Shown one piece after another: positions 25,732-38,645 of a stretch of 64,000 bases of DNA. The translations under genes and the position numbers were made by a program. A model generated the notes under the pieces. The model saw only the letters and a program-made list of their open reading frames with translations. It was not told the origin of the DNA and did not search any database. This stretch comes from Felis catus (taxonomy: Eukaryota): contig NC_058368.1 of assembly GCF_018350175.1 (NCBI RefSeq), forward strand, positions 203,052,001 through 203,116,000, read 5' to 3'. Each line of letters begins with the position of its first letter. The first letter of the stretch is position 1.

Positions 25732-26424
25732 CATTTCACATTTTAAATACAAGCGTGTCATGCAAACATTCAAGGGTGTCCATGGATCATTCTCTTCATG
25801 GAGTCAAATTTAAGAAGCACAGTTAAGTATCATAAATAAGTAGAAAAAAATTGTATCTGATAGAGCCCTCGATATTCAATATCCAACCCCACAATATCAC
25901 TTTCTAGAGACCCTTTATTTACTGCTTGATTCTCCATACCCAGTAGCAGTAGGTCAGAAACCTCTTGCAATTGAAACAGCAAATTTTCTTTTCATTCTTT
26001 AAACTCTTAATATGCAATTTAAATTTAGAAGCTCTGGACAATTGTATTCCCAACCTCAAATCAATGCCTTCTACCTTTTTAGCCTATCTGTCTTTCTAAA
26101 CACCAAGAAAGCACAAAGATCAACTTTCCTCTCCTCAGAGTGTTGGGAGGGAGAGAAATTCAATTGCAAATAACTGTGTATGTGTGTGTGTGTCTGTGTG
26201 GGTGTAGGAGATGCAGAAAGAAAAACTGTGAAGACTTTCCTGGTAGTTTATTTTTCACCTGCCATATGACCAAACTTTGGAGTTTTGTAAGATTCTTTTT
26301 GCAATGTCCCATTTTCACTATAAAGTTGAGGTGTATTGTTTTTTTTTTTATTATTGTTATAGCCTAGGTACTATGAAATATCCATGGAGCCACATTAAAA
26401 CATTGCAAAATAGTTGAATATAGG

Positions 26425-26451
26425 GTGTGTGTGTGTGTGTGTGTGTGTGTG
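26425..26451. repeat. (GT)n microsatellite
   Basis: Directly visible. Confidence 0.95.
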
Positions 26452-27190
26452 CACATGTGCATGCATGCTGGGTAAATGTATCACTATTTTTGTGAGTATA
26501 TAAATACGTACCAATACAAGGTTAAGGAAGGGAGGTTTGGAACTTAAGTAAATAAACAAATTGACAAATATTCATCAAGAGCAGGAATATCCAGGATATT
26601 CTTTTGTATTTATCAGAAACCTATCTATAGGCAGGAAAATGTTTTCATAAGAAAACACTAGATTGAGTTATAAATACTTCTGCAAATAGGAGAATTATTA
26701 TAATCTTGAATGAAAATGAAATCAAAATGAAATAATATGATGAAAAAGGATAAGTAGAACTGTTTAAAAAGAAAAACTCAAACATATTCAAAGAAAAGAA
26801 CAATGAAGTTACGGGAATTTTATGTCTTTCCATTATTACCTTATATGGAATGCAGACCATACATGGTAAGAATTCAATTAAGAGTCAACTAATGGCATTA
26901 AATGTAGGTTTAAAGAGGTGTTATTACGGCTTAAATTATAGTTTATATCAACTCTCCTTTGTGGATATTAGAGTGATTCCCTTCTGAATAACAACATTTT
27001 CGGTGGAAAAATAGGCAAAATTCCAGATATGTAAGGAGAAACACGTTTTTTACACATGCCACAGGACTACCAAAATTACAAAGTTAACTGAGTTATTTGA
27101 CAACAAAATTTACTCTGTTCTGGAACATACTAAGTTATCCTAGTTGATTACCTACAGTTCTCCTTAAATTTGACATGCCTGAGGGAGGGG

Positions 27191-27200
27191 CCAAGATGGC
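27191..27200 (+). promoter_or_regulatory. YY1-type motif at the L1 5' end (internal promoter)
   Basis: CCAAGATGGC, 7 nt inside the L1 start, where mammalian L1s carry their YY1 site. Confidence 0.7.
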
Positions 27201-29079
27201 AGAACAGCATGGAAGTTTTTTGTGTGTCTCACATCCGTGAAATACAGCCAGACCAACACTAAACCATCCTACATACCTAGAAAACGGACTGGAGGATTAA
27301 TACAACAATCTGCACAACCTGAACCACAGACTTCAGCAGGTATGTGGTGCAGAGAAGTGAACTTGGGGAGCGAGAGGCGCAGGAAGGGAGGTGCTTTTGC
27401 GAGCGGAGAGAGGACGGAGACTAGGGGCGGGGGAGAATACGGGAAAAGCATCCCTCCCCAAAAGCAGCTGGAGAGAAAGTGGAATATTGGAAACAGCCGC
27501 AGGGACTAAACTAAAAAGGGAGAAAGGAGAAAGGAGAGGGTTTAAATTCCGTTAAGACTGTAAACAAGGGGAGCAAAGAGGCTGCAACTCCGCAGCTACA
27601 TACCTGGCGATGCTCTGGTGGGAAAGGTGAATCCCCAGGAACAGAGTGGGGTCCAGGAGGTTCTCTGGCCACACGGGGAAAAGCGGTTCCACTGCTGGAA
27701 GGACATTTGGTAGAGACTGTTGAAGCCACCTGGTCCCAGCAGACCCCGGAAGGCAGCCACATTTGCTGGTGCTGGGACAAGGTTGTTGAGGGTGAAGCCT
27801 GGTGCCAGATGTGTGTTGCGATTTTCCATGGTCCCTGAAACGCTGAGGTTATACTGTCTCGCGATTTTTTGGGGTGGCAGGCTGGCACCTGGCCGCAGTC
27901 TTGGGGCACCGGCAGCAGCAGGGTCCAGCAAGCGTTCCTGGGTGCCGTCTGCATTCGGCCATTGCTCGGTGAGACCCTCCCGCAGAGGGGCGGAACAGGT
28001 CAAAGCGGCAGTCCTTCAGAAGTAAGGGGCTGGGAAAAGCAGCCGCATCTGAGACAAAACTCGGGAGACGGGTACTGCCTGGGACCTGGTCACGGAGAGT
28101 GAAAAAGCAGGGAGTAAACGAAAGCTGAAGACAGAGGATGGGTACACCATTGCTGATCCGGAGAACAGACTGGGTAGCTGGGGGGCGCCATTTTCACCAC
28201 TACCGCACATGCGCATACACACCTACAAGTGCCACAACACTCCAACTCGGTAGGCTAGTAGCGCCATCTAGTGGCAAGCAGAGTCATTACACTGAACCCC
28301 ACCCAACCGGGCCAACCTCGCTCCTCAAGAACACAAGTCTCACCGCTGGCTTAGTTTATGGACTATAAAGCACTACATATACTGACTTCTAGGGGAAAAT
28401 GGGGTAATTTCAGTCCTACTTCAATCTGTTAGCAGATCCATCTATTCAATTTTCTTTTTTTTTCTCTTTTACACTTCTTTTTCTTGAATACAGAAAGAGA
28501 AAAACTTTATTATTATGTTCAATTTGTATTAAAAATATTTTTCTTTAATTTTTATTACTATATTTTTTACTTTTGTGTAAATTTTTTCAAATTCTATTTT
28601 ACTTCCAATATTTTATTTTAGTCTACTTCAGTGTGTTCACCTTTTCAAATTTTCAAACAATAGCCTTTTTTTCTTTTTTTTCTCTTTTCACTTCTTTTCT
28701 TTTTCTTGAATATAGAAAAAGAAAAAATTCATTTTTAATTTTTAATAAAATATTTTCTTTAAATTTTTTCTACTATATTCTTTACTTCTGTGTATATTTT
28801 TTCAAATTCTATTTTACCTCTGTCATCTCATTCTAGTCTACTTCAGTGTATTCATTTTTTCAATTCTCAAATGATTTCCTCTTTTCTTTTTTTTCATTCT
28901 CCCCCCTCCTTTTTTTTCTCTGATCAAACCATTTTCAACACCCAGAGCAAAACACACCTAGAATCTAGCATCATTTATTCAAATTGTGTGTGTGTGTTTA
29001 ATTTTTTAATTAATATTTTTTTAATTTAATTTTTTTATTTTAATTTTTCTACCTCATTAATTCCTTTTCTCCCTTCAAA

Positions 29080-29960
29080 ATGATGAAACAAAGGAATTCA
29101 CCCCAACAGAAAGAGCAGGAAGAAATGACAGCCAGGGATTTAAACAACACAGACACAAGCAAGATGTCTGAACCAGAATTTAGAATCACGATAATAAGAA
29201 TACTACCTGGAGTTGAAAATAGATTGGAATCCCTTTCTGCAGAGATAAAACAAGTAAAAAATAGCCAGAATGAAATTTAAAAGACTATACTTGAGCTGCA
29301 ATCACGGATGGTTGCAGTGGCAGCAAAGATGGATGAGGTAGAACAGAGAATCAGCAATATAGAGGACAAACTTATAGAGAATAATAAGCAGAAAAAAAAG
29401 AAGGAGATTAAGGCAAAAAAGCACGATTTAAGAAGTAGAGAAATCAGTGACTCATTAAAAAGGAATAACATCAGAATCATAGGGGCCCCAGAAGAGGAAG
29501 AGAGAGAAATAGGGGTAGAAGTGTTATGTGAGCAAATCATAGCAGAAAACCTTCCTAACCTGGGTAAAGACACAGACATCAAAATCCATGAAGCACAGAG
29601 GACCCCCATTAGTTCAATAAAAACCGACCATCAACAAGGCATAACATAGTGAAATTCACAAAATACTTAGGCAAGGAGAACATCATGAAAGCAGCAAGGG
29701 GAAAAAAGTCCCTAACCTACAAGGGAAGACAGATCATGTTTGCAGCAGATCTATCCATAGAAACTTGGCAGGCCAGAAAGGAGTGGCAGGATATATTCAA
29801 TGGGCTGAATCAGAAAAATATGCAGCCAAGAATTCTTTATCCAGAAAGGCTGTCATTCAAAATAGAAGGAGAGATAAAAAGTTTCCCAGACAAACCAAAA
29901 TTAAAGGAGTTTGTTACCACTAAACCAACCCTGCAAGAAATTTTAAGGGGGACTCTCTGA
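29080..29960 (+). pseudogene. L1 ORF1p, disrupted
   Basis: MMKQRNSPQQKEQEE start; in-frame TAA at 29278-29280; frameshift near 29610; C-terminal motifs RNNIRIIG, WQARKEWQDIF, QPRILYP, LKEFVTTKPTLQEILRG. Confidence 0.93.
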
Positions 29961-29980
29961 GGAGAGAAAAGATGAAAAAA

Positions 29981-30040
29981 TATCTATATCTATCTATCTA
30001 TATCTATATCTATATCTATATCTATATCTATATCTATATC
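29981..30040. repeat. (TATATC)n-type microsatellite in the L1 inter-ORF spacer
   Basis: Directly visible. Confidence 0.95.
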
Positions 30041-30106
30041 AAAAGCAACAAAGATTGGAAAGGACCAGAGAACACCACCAGAAACTCCTACTCTACAAGC
30101 ATCTTA

Positions 30107-33100
30107 ATGGCAATAAATTCATATCTTTCAGTACTTACTCTAAATGTCAATGGACTCAATGCTCCAATCAAAAGACACAGGGTAACAGAATGGATAAGAA
30201 AACAAGATCTATCTATATGCTGTTTACAAGAGACCCACTATAGACCTAAAGACACCTTCAGATTGAAAATAAGGGGATGGAGAACCATCTATCATGCTAA
30301 TGGTCAACAAAAGAAAGCCAGAGTAGCCATACTTATATCAGACAATCTAGACTTTAAAATAAAGACTGTATCAAGAGATGCAGAAGGGCATTATATCATA
30401 ATCAAGGGGTCTATCCACCAAGAAAACCTAACAATGGTAAATATTTATGCCCCCAACGTGAAAGCACCCAAATATATTAATCAGTTAATCACAAACATAA
30501 ACTCATAGATAGTAAGACCATAATAGTAGGAGACTTCAACACCCCACTTACAGCAATGGACAGATCATCTAATCAAAAAAATCAACAAGGAAACAATGGC
30601 TTTGAGTGACACACTGGACCAAATGGACTTAACAGATATATTCAGAACACTTGATCCTAAAGCATCAGAATATACATTCTTCTCCAGTGCACATGGAACG
30701 TTCTGCAGAATAGACCATATACTGGGCCACAAATCAGCCCTAAGTGTGTACAAAAAGATCGAGATCATACCGTGCATATTTTCAGACCACAACACTATGA
30801 AATCGAAATCAACCACAAGAAAAAATTTGGAAAGGTAACAAATACTTGGAGACTGAAGAACATCCTACTAAAGAATGAATGGGCTAACCAAGAAGTTAAA
30901 GAGGAAATTAAAAAGTATATGGAACACAATGAAAATGATAACACCACAACCCAAAACCTCTGGGACACACCAAAGGTGGTCATAAGAGGAAAGTATATAG
31001 CAATCCAGGCCTTCCTAAAGAAGAAAGATAGATCTCAGATACACAACCTAACCTTACGCCTTAAGGAGCTGGAAAAAGAACAGCAAATAAAACCCAAAAC
31101 CAGCAGAAGACAGGAAATAATAAAGATTAGAGCAGAAATTAATGTATCGAAACCAAAAAAAAAACAGTAGAACAGATTAATGAAACCAGAAGCTGGTTCT
31201 TTGAAAGAATTAACAAAAATGATAAACCATTAGCCAGTCTGATCAAAAAGAAAAAGGAAAGGACCCAAATAAATAAAATAAAGAACAAAAGAGGAGAGAT
31301 CACAACCAACACAGCAGAAATAAAAACAATAAGAGAATATTATGTGCAATTATATGCCAATAAAATGGGCAATCTGGAAGAAATGGAAAAATTCATAGAA
31401 ACATATACACTACCAAAACTGAAACAGGAAGAAATAGAAAATTTGAACAGGCCCATAACCAGTAAGGAAATTGAATTAGTAATAAAAAATTTGCCAAAAA
31501 GCAAGAGTCCAGGGCCAGATGGCTTTCCAGGGGAATTCTACCAAACATTTAGGAAGAGTTCACACCTATTCTCTTGAAGCTGTTCCAAACAATAGAAACA
31601 GAAGGAAAACTTCCAAACTCTTTCTATGAAGTCAGCATTACCTTGATTCCAAAATCAAAGACCCCACTAAAAAGGAAAACTATAGACCAATTTCCCTGAT
31701 GAACATGGATGCAAAAATCCTCAACAAGATATTAGCCAACTGGATCAAACAATACATTAAAAATATTATTCACCATGACCAAGTGGGATTTATACCTGGG
31801 ACGCAGGGCTGGTTCAATATCCACAAAACAATGAACGTGATTCATCACATTAATAAAAGAAAGGACAAGAACCATATGATACTCTCAATAGATGCAGAGA
31901 AAGCATTTGACAAAATACAGCATCCTTTCTTGATAGAAACCCTCAAGAAAGTAGGGATAGAAGGAGCATACCTCAAGATCATAAAAGCCATATATGAATG
32001 ACCCAATGCTAATGTCATCCTCAATGGGAAAAAACTGACAGCTTTCCCCCTAAGGTCAGGAACAAGATAGGGATGTCCACTCTTGCCACTGTTATTCAAC
32101 ATAGTATTGGAAAATCTTAGCTTCTGCAATCAGACAACACAAAGAAATAAAAGGCATCCAGATCGGCCAGGAGGAGGTCAAACTTTCACTCTTCGCAGAT
32201 GACATGATACTCTATATGGAAAACCCAAAAGATTCCACCAAAAAACTGCTAAAACTGATTCATGAATTCAGCAAAGTTGCAGGATATAAAATCAACACAC
32301 AGAAATCGGTTGCATTCCTATACACCAATAATGAAGCAACAGAAAGAGAAATCAAGGAATCGATCCCATTTACAGTTGCACAAAAAACATAAAATAGACA
32401 GGAATAAATCTAACCAAAGAGGTGAAAAATCTATATGCTGAAAACTATAGAAAGCTTATGAAAGAAATTGAAGAAGACACAAAGAAATGGAAAAAGATTC
32501 CATGCTCCTGGATAGGAAGAACAAATATTGTTAAAATGTCACTACTACCCAAAGCAATCTACATATTCAAAGCAATCCCTATCAAAATAACACAAGCATT
32601 CTTCACAGAGCTAGAACAAATAATCCTAAAATTTGTATGGAACCAGAAAAGACCCTGAATAGCCAAAGCTGTCTTGAAAAAGAAAACCAAAGCAGGAGGC
32701 ATTGCACTCCCAGACCTCAAGACGTATTACAAAGCTGTAATCATCACGGCAGTATGGTACTGGCACAAGAACAAACACTCAAATCAATGGAACACAATAC
32801 AGAACACAGAAATGGACCCACAAACATATGGCAAACTAATCTTTGACAAAGCAGGAAAGAATATCCGATGGAATAAAGACAGTCTCTTCAGAAAGTGGTT
32901 CTGGGAAATCTGGACAGTGACATGCAGAAGAATGAACCTGGACCACTTTCTTACACCGTACACAAAAATAAACTCAAAATGGATGAAAGACCTCAATGTA
33001 AGACAGGAAGCCATCAAAATCCTAGAGGAGAAAGCAGGCAAAAACCTCTTTGATCTTGGCTGCAGCAACTTCTTACTCAACACGTCTCTGGAGGCAAAGG

Positions 33101-33908
33101 AAACAAAAGCAAAAACGAACTACTGGGTCCTCATCAAAATAAAAATCTTCTGCACAGCGAAGGAAACCATCAGCAAAACTAAAAGGCAACCAACAGAATG
33201 GGAGAAGATATTTGCAAGTGACATATAAGATAAAGGGTTAGTATCCAAAATCTATAAAGAACTTATTAAACTCAACACCCAAAAAACAAATAATCCAGTG
33301 AAGAAATGGGCAAAAGACATGAATAGACACTTCTCCAAAAAAGACACCCAGATGGTGAACAAATACATGAAAAAATGCTCAACATCACTCATCATCAGGG
33401 AAATACAAATCAAAACCACAATGAGATACCACCTCACACCTGTCAGAATGGCTAACATTAACAACTCAGGCAACAACAGATGTTGGTGAGGATGTGGAGA
33501 AAGAGGATCTCTCTTGCATTGTTGGTGGGAATGCAAGCTGGTACAGCCACTCTGAAAACAGTATGGAGGTTCCTCAAAAAACTAAAAATAGAAATACCCT
33601 ATGACCGAGCAATTGCACTACTAGGCATTTATCCACGGGATACGGGTGTGCTGTTTCGAAGGGACACATGAACCCCCATGTTTATAGTAGCACTGTCAAC
33701 AATAGCCAAAGTATGGAAAGAGCCCAAATGTCCATTGATGGATGAATGGATAAAGAAGATGTGGTATATGTATACAATGGAGTATTACTTGGCAATCAAA
33801 AAGAATGAAATCCTGCCATTTGCAACTACGTGGATGGAACTGGAGGGTATTATTCTGTGAAATTAGTCAGTCAGAGAAAGACAAAAATCATATGACTTCA
33901 CCCATATA
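30107..33908 (+). pseudogene. L1 ORF2p (endonuclease/reverse transcriptase), disrupted
   Basis: EN motifs TLNVNGLN, CCLQETH, RIDHILG, SDHN; RT motifs [19 protein letters not shown] (~32192-32203); several stops and frameshifts split it into many short ORFs. Confidence 0.95.
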
Positions 33909-34137
33909 AGGACTTTAAGAGACAAAACAGATGAACATAAGGGAAGGGAAACAAAAAGCATATGAAAACACTGAGGGGGACAAAACAGAAGAGACTCATA
34001 AATATGGAGAACAAACTGTGGGTTGCTGGAGGGGTTGTAGGAGCGGGGGATGGGCTAAATGGGTAAAGGGCACTAAGGAATATACTCCTGAAATCATTGT
34101 TGCACTCTATGCTAACTAATTTGGAAGTAAGTTTTTA

Positions 34138-34299
34138 AAAATAAAATAATAAAATAAAATAAAATAAAATAAAATAAAATAAAATAAAATAAAATAAAAT
34201 AAAATAAAATAAAATAAATAAAATAAAATAAAATAAAATAAATAAAATAAAATAAAATAAAATAAAATAAAATAAAATAAAATAAAATAAATAAAATAA
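34138..34299 (+). repeat. (TAAAA)n patterned L1 tail
   Basis: Directly visible. Confidence 0.95.
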
Positions 34300-34350
34300 A
34301 AATTTGACATGCCTGAGTAACCAGTTTGTCTGACTAAAATGTAGATTCTT

Positions 34351-34561
34351 GGGGCACCTGGGTGACTCAGTTGGTTAAGCATCGGACTCTTGATTTTTGC
34401 TCAGGTCATGATCTCATGGTTGGTGAGATCGAGCCCCATGTGGGGCTCTGCACTCAGTGCGGAGCCTGCCTGGTATTCTCTCTCTCCCTCTCTCTCTACC
34501 CCTCCCCTATTCCTGTGTACTCTCTCTCTCTCTCTAAAAATAAATGAATAAACATTTTTAA
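34351..34561 (+). mobile_element. Can-SINE
   Basis: ggggcacctgggtgactcag head; TSD aaaatgtagattctt (34336-34350) / aaagagtagattctt (34562-34576). Confidence 0.95.
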
Positions 34562-34576
34562 AAAGAGTAGATTCTT

Positions 34577-34690
34577 ACTCACTAGGTACATGGTAGGCTG
34601 AGATTCTGCCTTTTTAAGGTACTCCCACATGTTGTTGCCACCAGTTGTTAGTGCTGTCAGTCAAGTCTTGTACCATACCTTGCTTAGCAG
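34577..34690 (+). mobile_element. MER5-type hAT-Charlie fragment (other pieces at ~27155-27183 and 34318-34350)
   Basis: 'taggtacatggtaggctgagattctgcctttttaaggtactcccacatgttg...accataccttgcttagcag' resembles MER5A/B. Confidence 0.5.
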
Positions 34691-34699
34691 TGAGTATAC

Positions 34700-34871
34700 C
34701 CGCCTTATCCTTTAGCACTTTCTGTGTTGGTGGAAGTATTTATATCTGTGAATGGCTATTGAACACTTGCAGTGTGGCGACTGTGACTGGGGAATGGAAT
34801 TTTTATTTTATAAAATTTAATTAAATTGATACAACCACATATGACTGGTAGCTACCTATTGAACAGTGCAG
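34700..34871. mobile_element. MER3-type hAT-Charlie MITE
   Basis: 'tggctattgaacacttgcagtgtggcgactgtgactgg...ccacatatgactggtagctacctattgaacagtgcag'. Confidence 0.8.
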
Positions 34872-37800
34872 GACTCTACACAATATAATTCATCAGAAAA
34901 GTGTCACTTATGTATAATTTGTGTAAATGCACACTATTGGCAGATATGTTATACTTTATAAGTCTGTGAGAACACAGGTGTACTAGCTGTGGAACAATGC
35001 ACTTCACTGAATTCTTTGGGTGAAATTTACTATCCTGATAGTTACTTACTGAGAAAGTTCATTTTGGAGTGTTCAGAATTTCACCTGCTGAAGACTGGAA
35101 AATAGAAAATGAGTCATCAGGAAATGTTGCAGATTACCAAGGATATTTTAAGGCAAAATAAATTGTTCCTGTTTTTTCTTTTCCTTTCAACTGAGTGAAA
35201 TAATCACCGAAAGCATATACACAATAGAAACAAGCGTCATATGCAATCAGAACCATAGTTGCCAAGATGATTCCAATTTCAGATAGGCTTTTATGCTATG
35301 ATTGTTTCCAACAGGATAATGGCAACATCAAAGTCATTTCTGAGCCATGTGACAAGGGAGCTACAAGTCATGAACTTGAAGCCCAGACATTTGAGTTATA
35401 AGCTAAATTCTGGTTTTATCCTGGTATCACTCACTCTCATCTTGGCCTTGGGGAAGGTGCTACTCATCATAATATTCAGCTCACATGCATAAACATGGAA
35501 ACATAATGGCAAAGGGTGATATGAATATTCATTGCTGAGATAAGTATAATTATAACGATACCAGTAATGGTGATGAGAAGACGACTATGGTACCCTTATC
35601 AATTATTTTGAAGTTTACAAAGTACTTACACACACTATTCTTATTGATTTTGTGTTAAGATAGTAAACAAAGTGCCTAAGAAAAACAGCTGTTTTAATTT
35701 TTGTGGGACTTTTGTTGCTGTTGTTGTTAATATGCTGCCAAAGAATATACCATTATAATCACAAGCTCCTTTGGTGATGTGTTTTGATGCTTCACAGCTG
35801 CCATCCTCCCCCTCCTCCCCTTCCTACATCCTAATCCTCCTCTTCTCCCTACTCCTGCTCTTCATCATTCTCATCACCTTCATTTACATGACAATGTCCC
35901 TAACAACTAGAGTAGAAATATCAATATTTTTCATGTCTACCAGAAATCCAGTGGTGTTTTATGCTAGAATAAAAATACCTTTCGATTGATAAGAATTGTT
36001 TTTCCTCCCCTAAAACCTACCTCTTACAAAAGCCTTTTTTGATGAGGGTAAAAAATTTAATTCCAAAATCCATAAAATTGCAAGAAATATCAATGAGTAC
36101 TTTGGGTTGCTAATAAGCATCCAAAAACTCAAGAGTAGTATTAGAATCAAACAAAAACAACTAAAACATATTGCATAAAACAATGTCCATGTCCCTAGAT
36201 AAATTTTATCTTAAAGCTCTGCCTTTGAAAATCATAAACAGAATTCGGACCTCTGAAAATGTACTCAGCAAAGGAATATGATCTTGCTACAATTTTCAAA
36301 TTATAAACTGTCTTTAGCCCAATCAATGTGATTTGGTGTTCAAGGGATATGAACAAAAGGGCATCTGAAATCTTTATACTTATAATGAAGAAAGCAAAGT
36401 CAAATATGTGCACATTATTTGTGTTTGAAATATTCTAAAATGGAGTCAAGATCATTTCAGTCTGATCTTTGGCAGATTTTTATTAACATTTCTAAGCTTT
36501 TTAAAAGAGTTCTATTGCCTTCTAACACAAAGAAGGAGAGGCTATAAATTCAGTTACAAAAACCGAAACATATGCCATCTGATCCTGAAAATGTAACAGC
36601 CATGAAAGTATCCAATATTAGTGCTTTCTTACTGGCTTCTGAGAATTTCTTTCCTTAACACATGTTTCTATTGTACATAATCTCTTCTGATTTGGATCCC
36701 GAATTTTTACCAGTGTTGGTTTTAAATGAGCAGATAATCCATTTGGGTTCTGTTTCAGAATGTCAATAGGTGACCTTAATTAAGTTTTTATACTAAACAT
36801 GTACAGTTCTGCGCGTTGACCAAATCCTATAGGACAGAGTGGAAATAATATTTTTGTTTATTTGGTAGGATTAAATGTGTATACAATTTGTAAATCGATA
36901 CATTTGTCTTGGTTCTTTGCTTCCAGGATCTCAAATGCATACTCTATTTAAGATTAAAGATGCATTCTTTTTTTCAATTTATTACAACCAATATGAGTTA
37001 AAATGTTTACTTTGCACGGTATTCAATTCTTGAAAGCTGAAGAATTAAGGAACATTTTTTACATAGGTCAAAATATCTTTAATTTCAAGGCTGTTAGACA
37101 GTTATGATGCCATTAGATTACTGTGTATCCAATAAAGTTTTACCATGGACATATATTTATGAATGTAGAAAAATTTTTTGAAACATACACTTATTGAGTG
37201 CTAATTGGTCTATATTTTCATAAAGAGAAACATAGAAATATACATGCAAACATGACACCAAATGTCTGTAAAGATATATGTCAAAATTGTAATAGTGGTG
37301 ATTATTTACAGAATTATAATTGGCTTTAATTCTCCATATACTTTTTGAAGTTTTGGGTGTTAAGCATAAACTACATTCTACCTAGAAAATATTTTAGGTG
37401 CACATGTACATATGTGAAATTTCTCTTTCTTCTAAGAAATTTTTCTCTGAAATCCATTTCCCTATAGGGATTTTACAGGGTTTTAACCACAAATACCATT
37501 ATTGAGCTTATTTTTTATCGTATTACAAGATTTTCTCCTAAAATATAAACTCCATTCTTTAATTCTTGCTAACACAAACAATTGACTTCAAGATTACTAC
37601 AAACATCAAAGTTGACAGAGCAAGGACCTTATTCTAACAATTAAGGTTTTGTAGCACAATAAAATTGCCATGGATAAAGCTGTTGCCTTTTAAATGCTTA
37701 AAGATGATTTAATTTCAGCCATAACCATGCAAAAGCATTGCTCAGAGAGTTTTATCCCCTGATGGCTGAGATGAAAGAGTTTTACTGTTTGTTTACTTCT

Positions 37801-38064
37801 TCAAGGAAAACAAAATACCATTGAGACAATGTATTAGGCAATTTAACAATTGACAGTTGGAAAATTAGGCAATTTAACAGTATGAATCACTAAATACTCC
37901 TTCTGGGGAACAATTTATCCTGCTGTATTCTGTGAAATACTGAGAGCTAGTTTAGTTAGCAAAGTTGGTGATAATCATGATAATCTGTAGTAGTCAATTC
38001 AATTCAATTCAGCAAGTACTCATGAACAAACACTGGGTTTTACTAGGCTTTGAGTCTACTCATA

Positions 38065-38225
38065 TACAATGACTGCTCTGGAGACAGAATTCACATTTGA
38101 AATCTGGATCCAGGACTTCATAACTCTGAGACTCTGGGACAAGTTAAGCAACCTCTCTCTGCTTTAGTTTCCTCGGGTATAAAATGGGGATTATAACTAA
38201 GTCATAAGGTTAAGTATGCTAGAAA
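38065..38225 (+). mobile_element. MIR
   Basis: 'ctgggacaagttaagcaacctctctctgctttagtttcctcgggtataaaatgggga' core. Confidence 0.75.
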
Positions 38226-38645
38226 CATGAGGGCCCAACTGAATTTTACCAAGCAAAATGTCATCTTTCCAAATGCAAATAATATGTCTTCAGCATAACC
38301 CATCTGGAAAGGTAATTAATAGATAAGCTCACAAAGTTTCTCAAGTTAGTCTCAAACTAATTTTTTTAAAAGCTCCCATATTTAATCAAGGAAGTCATGG
38401 TACTTATCACCCTGTACTATAATATGCCTGGGAAATAGTTATATGTATCTTTGATAAAGAGAATTCTAAAACAAAATTATGTCATTGTAATCTGTAACCA
38501 GCATAAGAATGAGTATCAAGCTGAAAGTGTTAAATCTTTCTTCACTGTCCTTTAAAAATTTTTGAGTAAATTCTGTAATTCCCTGCCAGTTTTAGGTTTT
38601 AAATTCCGATCCACCCGAATCCACTTTAAATTGTTAAACTCGATT

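Larger units (their letters stand above)
27184..34299 (+). mobile_element. Full-length felid LINE-1, inactivated
   Basis: 5' UTR, ORF1, ORF2, 3' UTR and (TAAAA)n tail; perfect 18-bp TSD aaatttgacatgcctgag (27166-27183 / 34300-34317) at a TT/AAA target. Confidence 0.98.

Noticed and set aside
29277..33536. Antisense ORFs across L1 ORF1/ORF2
   Set aside because: Expected by-products of L1 base composition on the opposite strand; no independent evidence of coding.
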